Source: Mobula hypostoma
Lineage: Eukaryota
Reading direction: 5' to 3'
NCBI RefSeq assembly: GCF_963921235.1
Contig: NC_086097.1
Span: 180,422,001 to 180,486,000 of the forward strand
DNA length: 64,000 bases
The notes below the pieces were generated by a model. The model saw only the letters and a list, made by a program, of their open reading frames with translations, made no database searches and had not been told where the DNA came from. Made by a program: the position numbers and the translations under genes. Shown here piece by piece: positions 1 to 13,062 of the stretch. How positions within the stretch are numbered: the first letter of the stretch is position 1; every line of letters begins with the position of its first letter.

Positions 1-195
1 TCGACTGAGCTTCTGGGTGCAGCGAGCACTCTCTTTTGGGCTCAGGCTTTCTACTGCACATGCTTTTCATCTCGACGGGCTTGGTTCGTAGCTTCCATAC
101 TGTAAGGTGCCCAGTGTGTACTATTATTAACATGACTCAGTAAAAACATTTAATCATGCTACTCCTTTATAGTTCTTGTTCTGTGCCTACGTAAC

Positions 196-830
196 AGTCT
201 TCAGGAAGGAGAAGTCAGAAGAACACATGCCAGTTGTCATTGAGAGGTCAACAGTGGAAAGGGTGCATGGCTTCCAGTGCCCAGGCATCAGCATCTCAGA
301 GGATGTATCCTGGGCCCAGCACATTGATACAATCATGAAGAAGACACACCAATTTCATCAAGAGTTTGAGAAGACTTGGTAAGTCACCAAAGACTAGCAA
401 ATTTCTATAGATTTACAGTGGAGAGCATTCTGACAAGTTATATCACAGCTTGGTATGCACAGGATTGGAAAACCTATAAAAATGTTATAGACTCAGCCAG
501 TTCTATCAAGGGCACAAACCTCCCAACCACCGAGGACATCTCCAACCGGCGGTGCCTCCAGAAGGCAGCATCTTTCATTAACGACCCTCACTATCTGGGA
601 TATGGAGGTAGCTTGAATACCCATACTCAACATTTTAGGAACAGCTTCTTCCTCTCCACCATCAGATTTTTAAATGGTCCATGAACACTACTTCACTATT
701 CCTCTTTCAGATTATTTATTTATTTATTTTGTAACTTATAGTATTTTTTATCTCTTCCACTGTACTATTGCCACAAAACAACAAATTGCACAACATTCAG
801 TATGTCAGTATCAATAAACCTGATTCAGAG
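196..830 (+). mobile_element. Rex/Babar-like LINE, 5'-truncated 3' end
   Basis: Frameshifted ...ISEDVSWAQHID...LANFYRFTVESILT...FRNSFF motifs, AATAAA + short-repeat tail. Confidence 0.8.
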
Positions 831-1237
831 CTGGGGAATCAAGAACTAATGGGCATACAATTAAGGTGACTGGAGGAAAGTATGGAGGGATATCAGAGGT
901 AGATATTTTGTACTGGGAGTGTTAAGTGCAATCAAGGACATTTAATATACGCTTAAATAGGCACATGGATAGAAGTAAAATTGAGGGCTCTGTGGGAGAG
1001 AAGTGTTAGATTAATTTTGGAGTTGTTTAAAAGGTTAACAATATCATAGGCTGAGGCCCTTGCTGAGCTATACTGTTCAATATTCAAAGTCACTGCAGAT
1101 CTGCCACTTAACTCCATCCACTTGACTCATCCCTCTCCCTCAATACTCAAAACAAGAAAATACCAAACTCATATACAAAGTTGAGAGTCAGCTGGTTTAA
1201 ATTCCTGGACTTATTGGATGACTTATTCTGGCTGCGT

Positions 1238-1240
<3 letters not shown>

Positions 1241-1276
<36 letters not shown>
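1241..1276. repeat. (CA)n microsatellite
   Basis: Direct reading. Confidence 0.95.
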
Positions 1277-1279
<3 letters not shown>

Positions 1280-1804
1280 AGTGGTCACTTTATTAGGTAC
1301 ACCTGCTCATTAATACAAATAGCTACAGTAATCAGCCAATCATGTGGAAGCAATCCAATGCATAAAAGCACGCAGACATGGTCAAGAGGTTCAGTTGTTG
1401 TTCAGACCAAACATCAGAATGGGGAATAAATGTGATCTACGTGACTCTGACCTTAGAATGGTTGTTGGTGCCAGATGGAGTGATCTGAATATTTCATAAA
1501 CTGCTGACCTCCTGGGATTTTCGCTGAAGTTTACAGAGAATGGTGTGAGAAACAAAAAACATCCATTGAGCAGCACTTCTGTGGGGATAATCACCTTGTT
1601 AACAAGAGACATCAGAGGAGAATGGCAAGACTGGTTCAAGCTGACAGGAAGGTGAGAATAACTCAAATAACCACATGTTACAACAGTGGTGTGCAGAAAA
1701 GCAGCTCTGAATGCACAACACATTAAACCTTAAAGTGGATGGGCTAGAGCAGCAGAAGACCACATTGGGTTCCATTCCCGTCCAGATAAAGTGGCCATGG
1801 AGTG
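1275..1804 (+). mobile_element. Tc1/mariner deletion derivative
   Basis: Imperfect TIRs CACTCAGTGGTCACTTTAT / ATAAAGTGGCCATGGAGTG followed by TA; degenerate Tc1 HTH remnant (GNKCDLRDSDLRMVVGAR...). Confidence 0.75.
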
Positions 1805-1805
1805 T

Positions 1806-2432
1806 AGATGCTCGTACAAGGAAAGCAATCCAGCATCTTTACTTTCAAAGCAGGTTAAGAACGTTTGGCTTGTCACCAAACACTCCAACAAACTTCTACA
1901 GATGTACTGTTGAAAGTATCCTGATTGGTTTTATCATGATTTGGTACGGCAATTCAAATATGCAGGTACTTAAGAAGCTGTAAAGTAGTGGACTCTGTCC
2001 AACACATCACTGGCACATCCCTTCCTACCATTAGCTGTATCTACAGGAGATGCTGCCTCAGGACGGCAACATCCTTCATCAAAAATCCCCACCATCTGGG
2101 CCATGCCATCCTCTCAGAGGAGGTACAGAAACCTGTAGTCCCAAACCATGAGGTTGAAGAACAGCTACTTTGCTTCAAATTCAGTTCTTAAACCAACCAG
2201 CACAGCCTAATTACAAAACTTTACCAACATTGTGGCTGCTTTGATCACAGCACTAAAATGAACTTCATTTCTTTTTGTTTTATATGTGTTCTTTCTTATA
2301 AAAATGTGTATAATTTACATAAAATTTATGTTTTTCTTGTGAATGCTGCTTATATGATTCTGCAAGTAAGTTTTTCATTCCACCTGTGCATATGTGTACT
2401 AGTGCATATAACAATAAACCTGACTTTGACTT
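1806..2432 (+). mobile_element. Rex/Babar-like LINE 3' fragment
   Basis: NFYRCTVESILIG..WYG motif; (GACTTT)n tail after AATAAA. Confidence 0.8.
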
Positions 2433-2576
2433 TGAATAATGAGAGACACAAGAGAATGCAAATATTGTAAAACTGTTGGAGGAACCCAGCAGATCATTTG
2501 GCATCTGTGGAGTCAAAGAAATACTTGACATTTTGGATCAAACCCCAATATCAAGACTCACTTCAAGGTTTCATGT

Positions 2577-4110
2577 ACCTCAAGGGTGAAGTATGCAGGT
2601 GTTTCCAAAGAGTGGACAGTCGCAAGGCTGCGGGACTGGACAGCATCTCAGGGCAGATACTCAGAGTGTGTGTGGCACAACTGGTGCGTGTATTTACAGA
2701 CATTTTTAATCTCTCCTTCTCCCAGTGTAGAGTGTCCTCCTGCTTCAAAACATCCACCATTGTTCCTGTACCTAAAAAGACCAAGGTAACATGTCTGAAC
2801 GACTGGTGTCCTGTCACACTCACCCCAATAATAAGCAAATGCTTTGAGAGGCTGGTCAAGGGCTACATCTGCAGCATGCTACTACCCACACTGGACCCCC
2901 AACAATTCACCTACTGACACAACTGATCAACAGATGACACAATAGACACAGCTCTACACACCATCCTTACACATCTGGAGAAGAAGGATGCTTATGTGAG
3001 AATGCTGTTCTTGGACGACAGTTCAGCATTCAACACCACAATTCCCTTCAGGTTTAACAAGAAGCTCACAGACCTCGGCCTTCACCTTGCCTTGGGCAGC
3101 TGGATCCTGGACTTTCTGTCAGATTGTCAGCAGGTGGGTAAGAGTGAGCTCTCTCACCTCTGCCCCTCTGACCCTCAACACAGGAGCCCCTCAGGGCCGT
3201 GTCCTAAGCCCCCTCCTTTACTCTCTGTATACTCATGACTGTGTCACTGCCCACAGCTCCAATCTGCTAATTAAATTTGCTGACAATATTACATTGATTG
3301 GCTTTATCTCAAATCATAACGAGGCAGCCTACAAAGATGAAGTCATCACCCTGACACAGTGGTGTCAAGTAAACTACCTTTCCTTCAATGTCACAAAAAC
3401 AAGGTTGCTGGTTATGGACTACGGGAGGAATGGAGACAGGCTAACCCCTACTGACACCAATGGATCTGGGGTTGAAAGGGTAAACAGCTTTAAGTTCCTT
3501 GGCTTACACATCATCAAGGATCTCATGTGGTCTGCACATACAGGATGTGTGGTGATAAAAGTACAACAGTGCCTCTTTCACCTAAGACGGTTGAAGAAGT
3601 TTGGCATGAGACCCAAATCCTAAGGACTTTTTACAGGGGCACAATTGAAAGCATTCTGACTGGCTGCATCACATGGGAACTGTAATTCCCTTAATCACAG
3701 GACTCTGCAGAGTGGTGCGGACAGCCTAGTGCATCTGTAGATGTGATCTTCCCACTATTCAGGACATTTTTAAAGACAGCTGTGTAAAAAGGGCCTGAAG
3801 GATCATTGGGGACCCGAGTCACCCCAAATACAAACTGTTCCAGCTGCTACCATCCGGGAAACGGTACCACAGCATAAAAGTTGTGACCAACAGGCTCCAG
3901 GACAGCTTCTTCCACCAGGCCATCAGGCTGATTAATTCATGCTGATACAATTGTATTTCTATGCTATATCGACTGTCCTGTTGTACATACTATTTATTAC
4001 AAATTACTATAAATTGCACATTGCACATTTAGACGGAGACGTGATGTAAAGACTTTTACTCCTCATGTATGTGAAGAATGTAAGAAATAAAGTCAATTCA
4101 ATTCAATTCA
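2577..4110 (+). mobile_element. Rex/Babar-like LINE with decayed RT
   Basis: RKAAGLD..., LDDSSAFNT, GAPQGRVLSPLLYSLYT, KFADN RT motifs broken by stops and frameshifts; (CAATT)n tail. Confidence 0.9.
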
Positions 4111-4587
4111 CTGAGATTCTCCAGCAATTTGTTTTGATCCCGTCCCCAATTGGTGTTCATGGCAGTGAATTCCTAACCTCTATCCTCTGCATGCGGAAAT
4201 GTATCTGAACTTCAGTCCAGACCACAGACTCTCAGTTTTAGTCCCTGGCCCAGTCTCAGGTTCTCAACCAATAGAAACTCAATCCTTTACCTACATTCTA
4301 AGGAGCAACCCTTGTCTGTGAAATCTCCCCTTGTGATCCAATCCCTGGATATACAGTGAACACCTCCAAAGCAAATATAGCCTTCAAAATATTTGTACCC
4401 AGTGCTCCTAATGTGGTCAAACCAGAGCCTTGAACTTTCTTCTGCTCCAACCCTATTCTATATACTCCCCATGTGGAAAGAGCTGCCAGAGGAAACAGTT
4501 GAGGTTACAGTAACAACCTTTAAGAGACATTTTGATAAATATATGGATAGGAAAGAATTAGAAGAATATGGGCCAAATTTAAAACTT

Positions 4588-5300
4588 AAAAGCTTTAAGT
4601 TCCTCGGGGTCAATATCACAAATGACCTGACTTGGTCCAACCAAGCACAGTCCACTGCCAAGAAGGCCCACCAGTGCCTTTACTTCCTGAGAAAACTAAA
4701 GAAATTTGGCCTGTCCCCTAAAACCCTCACTAATTTTTATAGATGCACCGTAGAAAGCATTCTTCTAGGGTGCATCACAACCTGGTATGGAAGTTGTCCT
4801 GTCCAAGACCGGAAGAAGTTGCAGAAGATCGTGAACACAGCGCAGCACGTCACACAAACCAATCTTCCGTCCTTGGACTCATTTTACACCGCACACTGTC
4901 GGAGCAGTGCTGCCAAGATAATCAAGGACACAACCCACCCAGCCAACACACTTTTCGTCCCTCTTCCCTCCGGGAGAAGGCTCAGGAGCTTGAAGACTCG
5001 TACGGCCAGATTTGGGAACAGCTTCTTTCCAACTGTGATAAGACTGCTGAATGGATCCTGGCCTGGATCTGGGCCGTACCCTCCAAATATCTGGACCTGC
5101 ATCTCAGTTTTTTTTGCACTACCTTACTTTCCATTTTTCTATTTATGATTTATAATTTAAATTTTTAATATTTACTATCGATTTGTAATCAAGGGAGCAG
5201 GAAGCTCAGAATCAAATATCGCTATGATGATTGTACGTTCTAGTATCAATTGTTTGGCAACAATAAAGTATAAAGTATAAAGTAAAGTATCAAGTATAAA
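4588..5300 (+). mobile_element. Young Rex/Babar-like LINE 3' end inserted in a CR1 tail
   Basis: Open ORF SFKFLGVNITNDLTW...NSFFPTVIRLLN, CpGs retained, (AAGTAT)n tail; CR1 3' sequence on both sides (4470..4580, 5301..5388). Confidence 0.9.
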
Positions 5301-6226
5301 GTGAGCAGATCGTACTAGCTTAGGCGGGCGCGTAGATCATCGTGCACAAGTTTAGCCAAAGGCCTGTTTCCATGCTGTATTACTCTGAGAGGAGGTACAG
5401 TGAAGTCAAAATGTTTGAGCAGATGATTGAGAGAATTTGAAGAAAAATTTATGATCTTTCCACCTGGAAGCTGTGAGACCTGCAATCGCTTCATCTTGCT
5501 ATTACAATTCTCATCCTGGTATTGAAGTTCCATGCTAACCTCTCCTGTCCCATCCAACCCTACAACCCTTTGAGATCTCTTCACCCCTTGCACTTTCTCT
5601 GTACCTGTAACACTATATTCTGCATTTCACATTGCTTTTCTCTATGTAACACTGGTGGCTATGTCCTAAGTCACATTTAGAGAAAGTCAACTGAATTTCT
5701 TTTGAGTCAAAGTTGTCAGGTATCTTTCAATAAAAGAGGAACAAGTTTCTTAACATTTAACTGGTCTCAGCAACCCATAGAGTAAAGAGGAAGTGATCTC
5801 GTGCTGAAATCTTGTTGCAACATGACTTCCTCTTTCACCACTCCCATCCCCCCAGGGTCTCCTCAGAGGATGTAAGAAGATGCTGGGTTTCAAGGCAAGA
5901 GGAAGCTGGTGTGGCACAGATCTCAAGGCTTCCCTTCTTCCCGTGATTACAGTAAAGCCCAGTGTCAAAAGCTTCACAAGAACTAAGGAAAAGTAAATAG
6001 CTTAAGCTGCCACATCACAACTTTTCATTTTCTACTCTGAGTCAAGCAACTAAGATAATGTTTCTGCTTTTCCCATTTACACCTCACTCCAGAGGAAGCC
6101 CTTGCCTTCTTACTGATCTCTTTCCTATCACCTTATCCCAGCCTATCCAGTCTCTCCCTATAACTCAGACCAGGCAACATCCTTGTGAATAATGTTGCTG
6201 CCCATAACGTGGCTGTCCAAATTATG

Positions 6227-6862
6227 AGCCCAATTGAGGAGCTGTGGTGTAGAGGAGAATGGTCCCTAATAGCAACACCGAATGGCTTCACTGCCCACAG
6301 ATACAGTTTGACTAACTGAGTTCATCCAGCAGTCAAACCCATGATTGGCAAGCCCTGGGGTTGATACCCAGAGGCTGATGAAGTCTGGAGGGCAATACAG
6401 AAGATTGAAAACCAAAGTTGGCAAGTCCAGAGGTAGAGACACGAAGGTCGAAGGTCCTGGATCAGTTGGTCCGGAGGTCATAGGCCCAATGTCTGCCAGT
6501 CAGCGTGTCTGGGTCAGGACTGAAGGTTAGAGGCCTAATGTCTGTGAGGCTGAGAGTCTTGGGCCAAGGACTGGAGTCCCGGAGGCAGTCTGTCCTGGGG
6601 ATAGAGCCCTGTCTGTCTGTGAGTGAGTGGGTGGATTGGATGGTGAGAAAGGGGTTTGTTTGCTTTTGTTATCTTGTTTTGTTTTGTTTTGTTGTTGCTA
6701 TTTGTGTTGTTCTGCTTGTTGTGGGCATGTTATGTTGGCACCACAATGTGTGGCACCACTTGCAGGCTGCCTCCTCACATCCTTGGGTGTGTTGGTTGTT
6801 AATGCAACGCATTTCACTGCATGTTTTAATGTTCACATGATAAATAAATGTGAATCTGAATC
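6227..6862 (+). mobile_element. Non-autonomous retroelement with LINE-type (GAATCT)n tail
   Basis: 3' part matches the reverse complement of 40424..40660 and 58341..58610; no RT motifs seen. Confidence 0.55.
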
Positions 6863-7867
6863 TCTTTTGCATTTTCTCTGGCTTAATTACATTCTTCTTA
6901 TAGCATGGCAACTAGAACTGCACATAGTACTCCAAGCTTGGTCTTGCAAACATCTTGTACAGCTGTGACACAATGCCCAATTCTTGTACTCAGTGCCCTA
7001 ATTAATGAAGGTAAACATGCTCTTTGCCTTTTTTACTACTCTGTTTTCTTGTGTTGCCACTTCCAGTGAACTATCTACTTGTACCTTAGATCTACAACAC
7101 TCCCCAAAGCTCTGATATTCACTTTGTATATCCTGCCCTGGTTTAACTTTCCAAAATGCATCACTTTGCATTTGTCTGAGTTAAGTTCCACAGGTCATTG
7201 TTTTGTCCACTTTCTGGATCTTTTGTAATTTTAGAAAACCTTCTTCACTATCCCCTATACCACCAATTTTGGTGTCATCTTTTGTTCAACTACACCGATG
7301 CTCCTATTTTGGTTCAGTAACTTATTATGTTCCTTTGAAGGATTATGAGTGACTTCACCGCAAAGAAGAGCATATTGTTGTTTCCTGACCTGCCTCCTGT
7401 TTGGGTGTTGGTGCTCCAGGTTAATGGTGAGATTATGATAGCTCTCAGTGAGTTTTGCATGGTGGGAAAACGTTACAGGGTCAGTGAATGAGAAGACTCA
7501 GCCTATTTTCTCCTCCTGGAGCAATCGTGTTAATATGGCTGGTTTAGTAAAAAAACTTTTGAGGTCCATGGTGATACCAAAGATGTTCCTGAGGTTTCAG
7601 ATAGTGGTATTTGTGTGCGTCTCTGCTGCCATCAGTGATTCACAGGGCTTCAATGAATGCTAAATCTATTCGGAATCTATCACATGTATCATGTTTACAG
7701 TAAACACAATATGATGGAGTGTGCCCCTAGTGCAAAGATGATGGCTTGTCTCCATAATGATTGTGCAGTGATCACTTCTACCAATTCTGTTAAGGACAGG
7801 TGCATCTGACACAGGTAGACAAGCAATAATGGGATCAGGTATGTTTCTCTCTGTGAACTCTCTCACA

Positions 7868-8316
7868 GGTGATCTCCATCTCAGGAGACAATCTATCTAC
7901 TCACATTTACTACAAATCCACAGGTATCTAGAGCATACCTCATCCACCCTGTCTCTTATAAGGATGCCATTCTTTGTCTCAGTTTTTCAGTCACCACTAT
8001 TTCTATTCTCAAGATGAGGCTTTCCATTCCAGACATCTAAGGTTTCTTACTTCTGTAGAAAACAGAGCTTCACCTGCACATTCTCTACTTCACGCAATTC
8101 TGCTCTCATTATTTCTCCACGCCCACTGCCCCCCCCCATCATACCCTCCTTACATGAATCCACCTGCCACTTGCCAGCTCCTTCCCCTCAACTCTTTAAA
8201 TTGGCTAGCTGTCCTCCTATCCTTCAGTCCGGATGAATGGTTTCAAACTGAGACAGAGACTGTTCATTGCCCTCCACAGATGCTGCCTGACACGCTGAGC
8301 TCAATTTTTGCTCCAA
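7868..8316 (+). mobile_element. Penelope-like element fragment (RT C-terminal region + 3' end with degenerate hammerhead)
   Basis: ISGDNLST.IYYK...DAI...SQDEAFHSR remnant; CAGTC-CGGATGA...GACTG at 8225. Confidence 0.7.
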
Positions 8317-8329
8317 GGTGATTGGTGGT

Positions 8330-8860
8330 CTGGGGATGACAGGCAGGTGCTGCCCAGTTAGGATGAGAGGGTAGAGTTGGAAGACAGTGGTAAACAATAG
8401 GTGTTAGATGGAGGTAAAGAAAAAAAGAAGAAAAATGAGAGGTGGGTGGAGGGAGGGTGATAAGCAGGAGGGCAAACTGCTACTAGTGATGGACTCTGCT
8501 AAGAAAAAAGAAGTAAGAATTGGAACCATTAGAGGTTAGGAGAGTGGCAGATGGAATCATAACCGGACGAGGGAGGAGGAGTGGAAAATCCTGTGGGTGA
8601 ACCATGAGTGCAGAGAGTAGATGGAATCAGTAAGGGGAGGAGGAAGAAGAAACTGGATTCTGGAGTGGGGAATGAGGGTGGAAGGTGAGAAAGGGATCAA
8701 ATTAGAAGGTCTGGAGGAGGTTCATAAGGAAATAGGTGGGGGGGACCCATTGTAGGGGAGGTTATCTAAAATTGGAAAACTCAGTGTTAGTGCCATCGGG
8801 TTGTAGACTACCCAGGTGAAATATGAGATGTTGTTCCTCCAGTTTACATTGGGCCTCAGT
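8330..8860 (-). mobile_element. Penelope-like endonuclease C-terminus and pyrimidine-rich 3' UTR
   Basis: Reverse complement reads KLEEQHLIFHLGSLQPDGTNTEFSNF. Confidence 0.75.
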
Positions 8861-10148
8861 CAGATGTCTCCCAGCTTTGACATTGCATGTTTGAAACCAG
8901 CCAATATTAGCTGAGGTTTATTCTAATTCCATGTGTGATTCATTTTCAATCACTTCAGCTGTTTTCTCTTTTGATTGTTTTCTGTAGGACTCAGTGTGGT
9001 GCTGAGCCATTTCAGAGGATATTAGGCATTAACAATGTGATGCTGGCTGGAGGCGCCATGTAGCCCAGATCAGGGCAGAGTTACAGATGCCTTCCTTGAA
9101 GATCATCTGTGATTTGGTGAAATGTTTAACAACTATCTGATTGTTCCTTCAACAAAGCGATTGAGCTGATTTGGTTTCTCAACATGAGGACTCTTGACTG
9201 CACGGCCTATCATTGCGTGACTCTCCGGCGACTCCTATGCTACCTTATAAGGTCATGAAACTGAGCTGGTAACACAGGGTTGGTGACGAGAAAGCAGAAC
9301 CACAAAACGTTATGCCTCCAGCAGTGAAACAGAATACAGGGTGGGGCTTGTGGTGTCAGTGCATGCTGGAACCCATTAAACTCTTGTGGCAGGCAATGCC
9401 ACAATCATAGGCTCCAGATCAACAACAATCACTTACATTTATAGAGGATCTTTCAAACATATTAATTGAAGAATTCCCCCCAAAAAATTCTTGCATTAAA
9501 GGAGATATTTGTGACAAAGACCAAAACTTTGGTCTAAAAGGTGGAGAAGTTTTAGGAGGGAGCTCTGGAACTAGTGAGTTCAGCAGCTGGGGCTCGGCTG
9601 CTATTGGTAAGGGTGTAGATACAGAGGCCAGGACTGGAGCAGTGCAGAGATCCGGAAGATTTACTGGCCTGAAAGAGGAAATAAGAGGGCAAGGAGAGTG
9701 TTGAACACAAGGAAGGGAAGTTTAAAACGATGTTTTACTGGACTGGAATTCAGGATGGTAAATGGGACATGCGTGTTACGAGACAGGTAGAGGAGAATGG
9801 GTGGAAATAAAATTCAGACAGGTTGGAAGAAGTGAGGCCAGGATAACCCTGAGAATATTAGTAAGCACTTTGACTGAGCATCCAGAGAAAATGTGGAAGC
9901 ACAACAAACCTGTCATAGTCCTGGAGTCATAGAATTGTATAGCCCAAGATGTCTATCCAAGTGAATAATTTTTTGCGTTTGGTCCATATCCCTATAAGCC
10001 TTTTCTATTCATGCTATTCATGGACTTGTTCAATTATTTGTTTTTAATACTGTGATTGTATCCAGCTTTCTGTAGCTTCCTTTGACAGCGTGTCAAATCA
10101 CAGAATTGTTCAATGTAATTAAGGAGAATTCTACGAGATGTAACATAT

Positions 10149-10162
10149 ATGTGTGTGTCTGT

Positions 10163-10196
<34 letters not shown>

Positions 10197-10226
10197 CTGT
10201 GTGTGTGTGTCTGTGTGTGTGTGTGT
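10149..10226. repeat. (TG)n microsatellite
   Basis: Direct reading. Confidence 0.95.
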
Positions 10227-10356
10227 ATACATGCATATGTTATAAACAACCATCATTGAAGGAAGTGTTTTGTGGGAAGCTGATTGCTAAGAATGGGGAT
10301 TTTTTTCTGAGATCTTTCACAATCCTAGGCCAATTGATTCTCTCCAGTAAATATTG

Positions 10357-10625
10357 GGGTGGCACATTGATGTAGCGGTTAGCACAATGCTTTACAGTCT
10401 AGGCGACACAGGTTCAAATCCAACCACTGTCTGTAAGGAGTTTGTATGTTCTCTCCGTGACTGCGTGGGTTTCCTCTAGATGCTCTAGTTTCCTCCCACA
10501 GTTAGTAGGTTAATTGGTCATTGTAAATTGTCCGTGATTTAGGCTAGGATTAACTCGGGTGTTGCTGGATGGTGTGGTTTGACAGGCCGGAAGGGCCTGT
10601 TCCACACTATATCTCAATAAGTAAA
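10357..10625 (+). mobile_element. tRNA-derived V-SINE
   Basis: A/B-box-like head (GGTTCAAATCC), V-domain GCGTGGGTTTCCTC...GTTTCCTCCCACA, CR1-like tail. Confidence 0.85.
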
Positions 10626-11204
10626 ATAAGTAACTATAAGCCAAGACTTGAATTTACTGGTAACTTCACAAGCTTAGGACAACAAAAATAAAACACTTTA
10701 CTGGTCAGAGAGGAAATAGGAGGGGCAATTTCTGCACAGCAAGATCCTAAGAGCAGTGGTTTGATAATAATTTCCTATGGGTTAGAAGAATGATGAGCTG
10801 CAGAAAGGAACTCCTCCGGATGAGGAGTCAAGGACCAGGAGATGCAGTTTCAGAATAACCAGTAGGATTGTGATGGGAAGAAATTTCATTATTCAGTCTA
10901 TGGCAAATATTTGGAATTCTCCACTGAGAGCTATGGAAACTCTGTTACCGTTCATTCGAAATAGAGATTGATAGATTTCTGGACAGTAGGAAATCAAGAT
11001 CTATGGAGACAGGCAAGAAAATGGCACTGAGATAGATCAGCCACAATCTTAACGAATAGTAGAACAGACCAGAAGGGCCACATGACATGGTACAGAAAAC
11101 CTCAGTTCAACATCTCCTCCCAATGGGGGAACTTCTGAATGTACAGCTCTCCCTCAGCTTTGCCTCAACCACATTGTGAAAGTCACTTGATACTATCCCT
11201 CTGG

Positions 11205-11528
11205 AAGTGGCAGCACAGTAACATAATGGTTCATGTAATGCTTCACAGTGCCAGTTGTAAGATTGGGATTCAATTTCCACCTCTATCTATAAGGAGTTTG
11301 TACACTCACCCCATGAAAACGTGGGTTTCCTCTGGGCGCCCTGGTTTCCTTCCACTTTTCAAAGACGTACATTGGGGTTAAGATTAGTAAATTGTGGGCA
11401 TGCTATGTTGGTGCCAGGACCATGGTAAAACATCCTTGGACTGGTTTGGTTGTTGACACACACGATGAATTTCACTGTATGTTACAATATTTCAGTGTAT
11501 CTGTGACATAAGCTAACCTTTAACCTTT
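11205..11528 (+). mobile_element. V-SINE
   Basis: tRNA-like head, GTGGGTTTCCTCTGGGCGCCCTGGTTTCCTTCCAC V-domain, LINE-type tail. Confidence 0.75.
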
Positions 11529-11589
11529 AGTAAGAGAGACAGTACTGACTCCCTGACATAGAGCCGCACCAAGGTACTTCCCCAGGCTG

Positions 11590-12078
11590 GCAACTCCAGC
11601 AGTACAACTCCAACCTGATGGCATGAACATTGATCTCTTCAACTTCGGTAATTTCTCTCCTTCCCTCTTCTCTCTTTTTCCATTCCCCATTCTGGTTTGC
11701 TTTTCTCCCCTTCTCTTCTCCTCAACTGCTCATCACTTTGCTCTGATGCCCCTCTCCTTCCCTTTCTTCCACTCTCTCTCCTATCAGATTTCTTCTTCTT
11801 CTTCTTCAGCCTTTAACTCTTCAACCTATAACCTCCCAGCTTCTTACTTCATGCCCCCCACTCACCCACCTTCCCCTTCAACCTAGTTTCACCTATCACT
11901 TACTCCTTCCCCTCCCCACACCTTTAATTCTGCCCCCTTCCTTTCCATTTCTGATGTAAGGTCTCAGCTTGAAACGTCGACTATTTATTCCTTTCCTTAG
12001 ATGCTGCATGACTTGCAGACTTCTTCCAGCATTTTCTGTGTGGTGCTCAAGATTTCCAGCAGCTGCAGAATCTCTTCC
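11590..12078 (+). mobile_element. Penelope-like 3' end
   Basis: LQPDGMNID..., polypyrimidine UTR, hammerhead remnant CTGATGTA...GAAACGTCGACT. Confidence 0.8.
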
Positions 12079-12092
12079 TCAGTACTGACTCA

Positions 12093-13022
12093 GAATCAAG
12101 TTTGTCATCGAAATATGTCATTAAATTTGTTTTGTGGCAGCAGTATAGTGCAATACATAAAAAATAAAAATTTATAAATTACATTATATATATATATATA
12201 TATATAATTAAATAAGTAGTGCAAGAAGAGAGGAAAAATAGTGAGGTAGTGTTCATGGGTTCATTGTCCACTCAGAAACCTAATAGTGAAGGAAAAGAAT
12301 CTGTCCCTGAGTCTTCAGGCTCCTGTATCACCTGCTTGATGGAAGCGATAAGAAGAGGGCATATCCTGGATGTTCCTAATGATGGGTGCCACATTTTTGA
12401 GGCATCACCTTTTGAAGGTGTCCTCAATGTTGGGGAGGCTAGTGCCCACGATGGAACTGGCTAAGTTTACAACCTCCTGCAGCTTTTTCTGATCCTGTGC
12501 AGTGATCCCTCCGTACCAGACAGTGATGCAACCAGTTAGAATGCCCTCTGCAGTACATCTGTAGAAATTTGCGAGAGTCGTTGGTGACATACCAAGTCTC
12601 CTCGAACTCCAAATAAAATATCGCCGCTTTTGTGCCTCCTTGGTAATTGCATTAGTATGCTGGACCCAGGATAAATCTTCAGGGATGTTAACACCCAGGA
12701 AGTTGAAACTGCTTACCCTTTCCACTTCTGATCTCTCAACAAGAACTGATAGCTGTTCCCTCGACTTCCCCTTCCTGAAGTCCACAAATAATTCCTTGTT
12801 CTTACTGACACTGAGTGCAAGGTTATTGTGACACCAGCCAATCCACCTCACTCCGGTACACCTCCTTGTAACCATCTGAAATTCTGTTGGCAAATCTATA
12901 GATGGCATTTGAGCTGTGCCTCGGCACACATTCATGGGTGTAGAGAAAGTGAAGCAGTGGCCTCAGCACTCATCCTTGAGGTGCACCAGAGTTGACAGTC
13001 AGCAAGGAGGACAAGTTATTTC
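12093..13022 (-). mobile_element. Rex/Babar-like LINE 3' portion
   Basis: ORF 12405..12935: WCHNNLALSVSKNKELFVDFRK...LANFYRCTAEGILTGCITVWYG. Confidence 0.85.
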
Positions 13023-13062
13023 CCAGTGAGAAAGTCACCTATAGTACAACCCCCCCTCCTCC

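Noticed and set aside
4393..5148. 251-aa ORF as a host gene
   Set aside because: CR1 tail fused in frame to a Rex-like LINE C-terminus.
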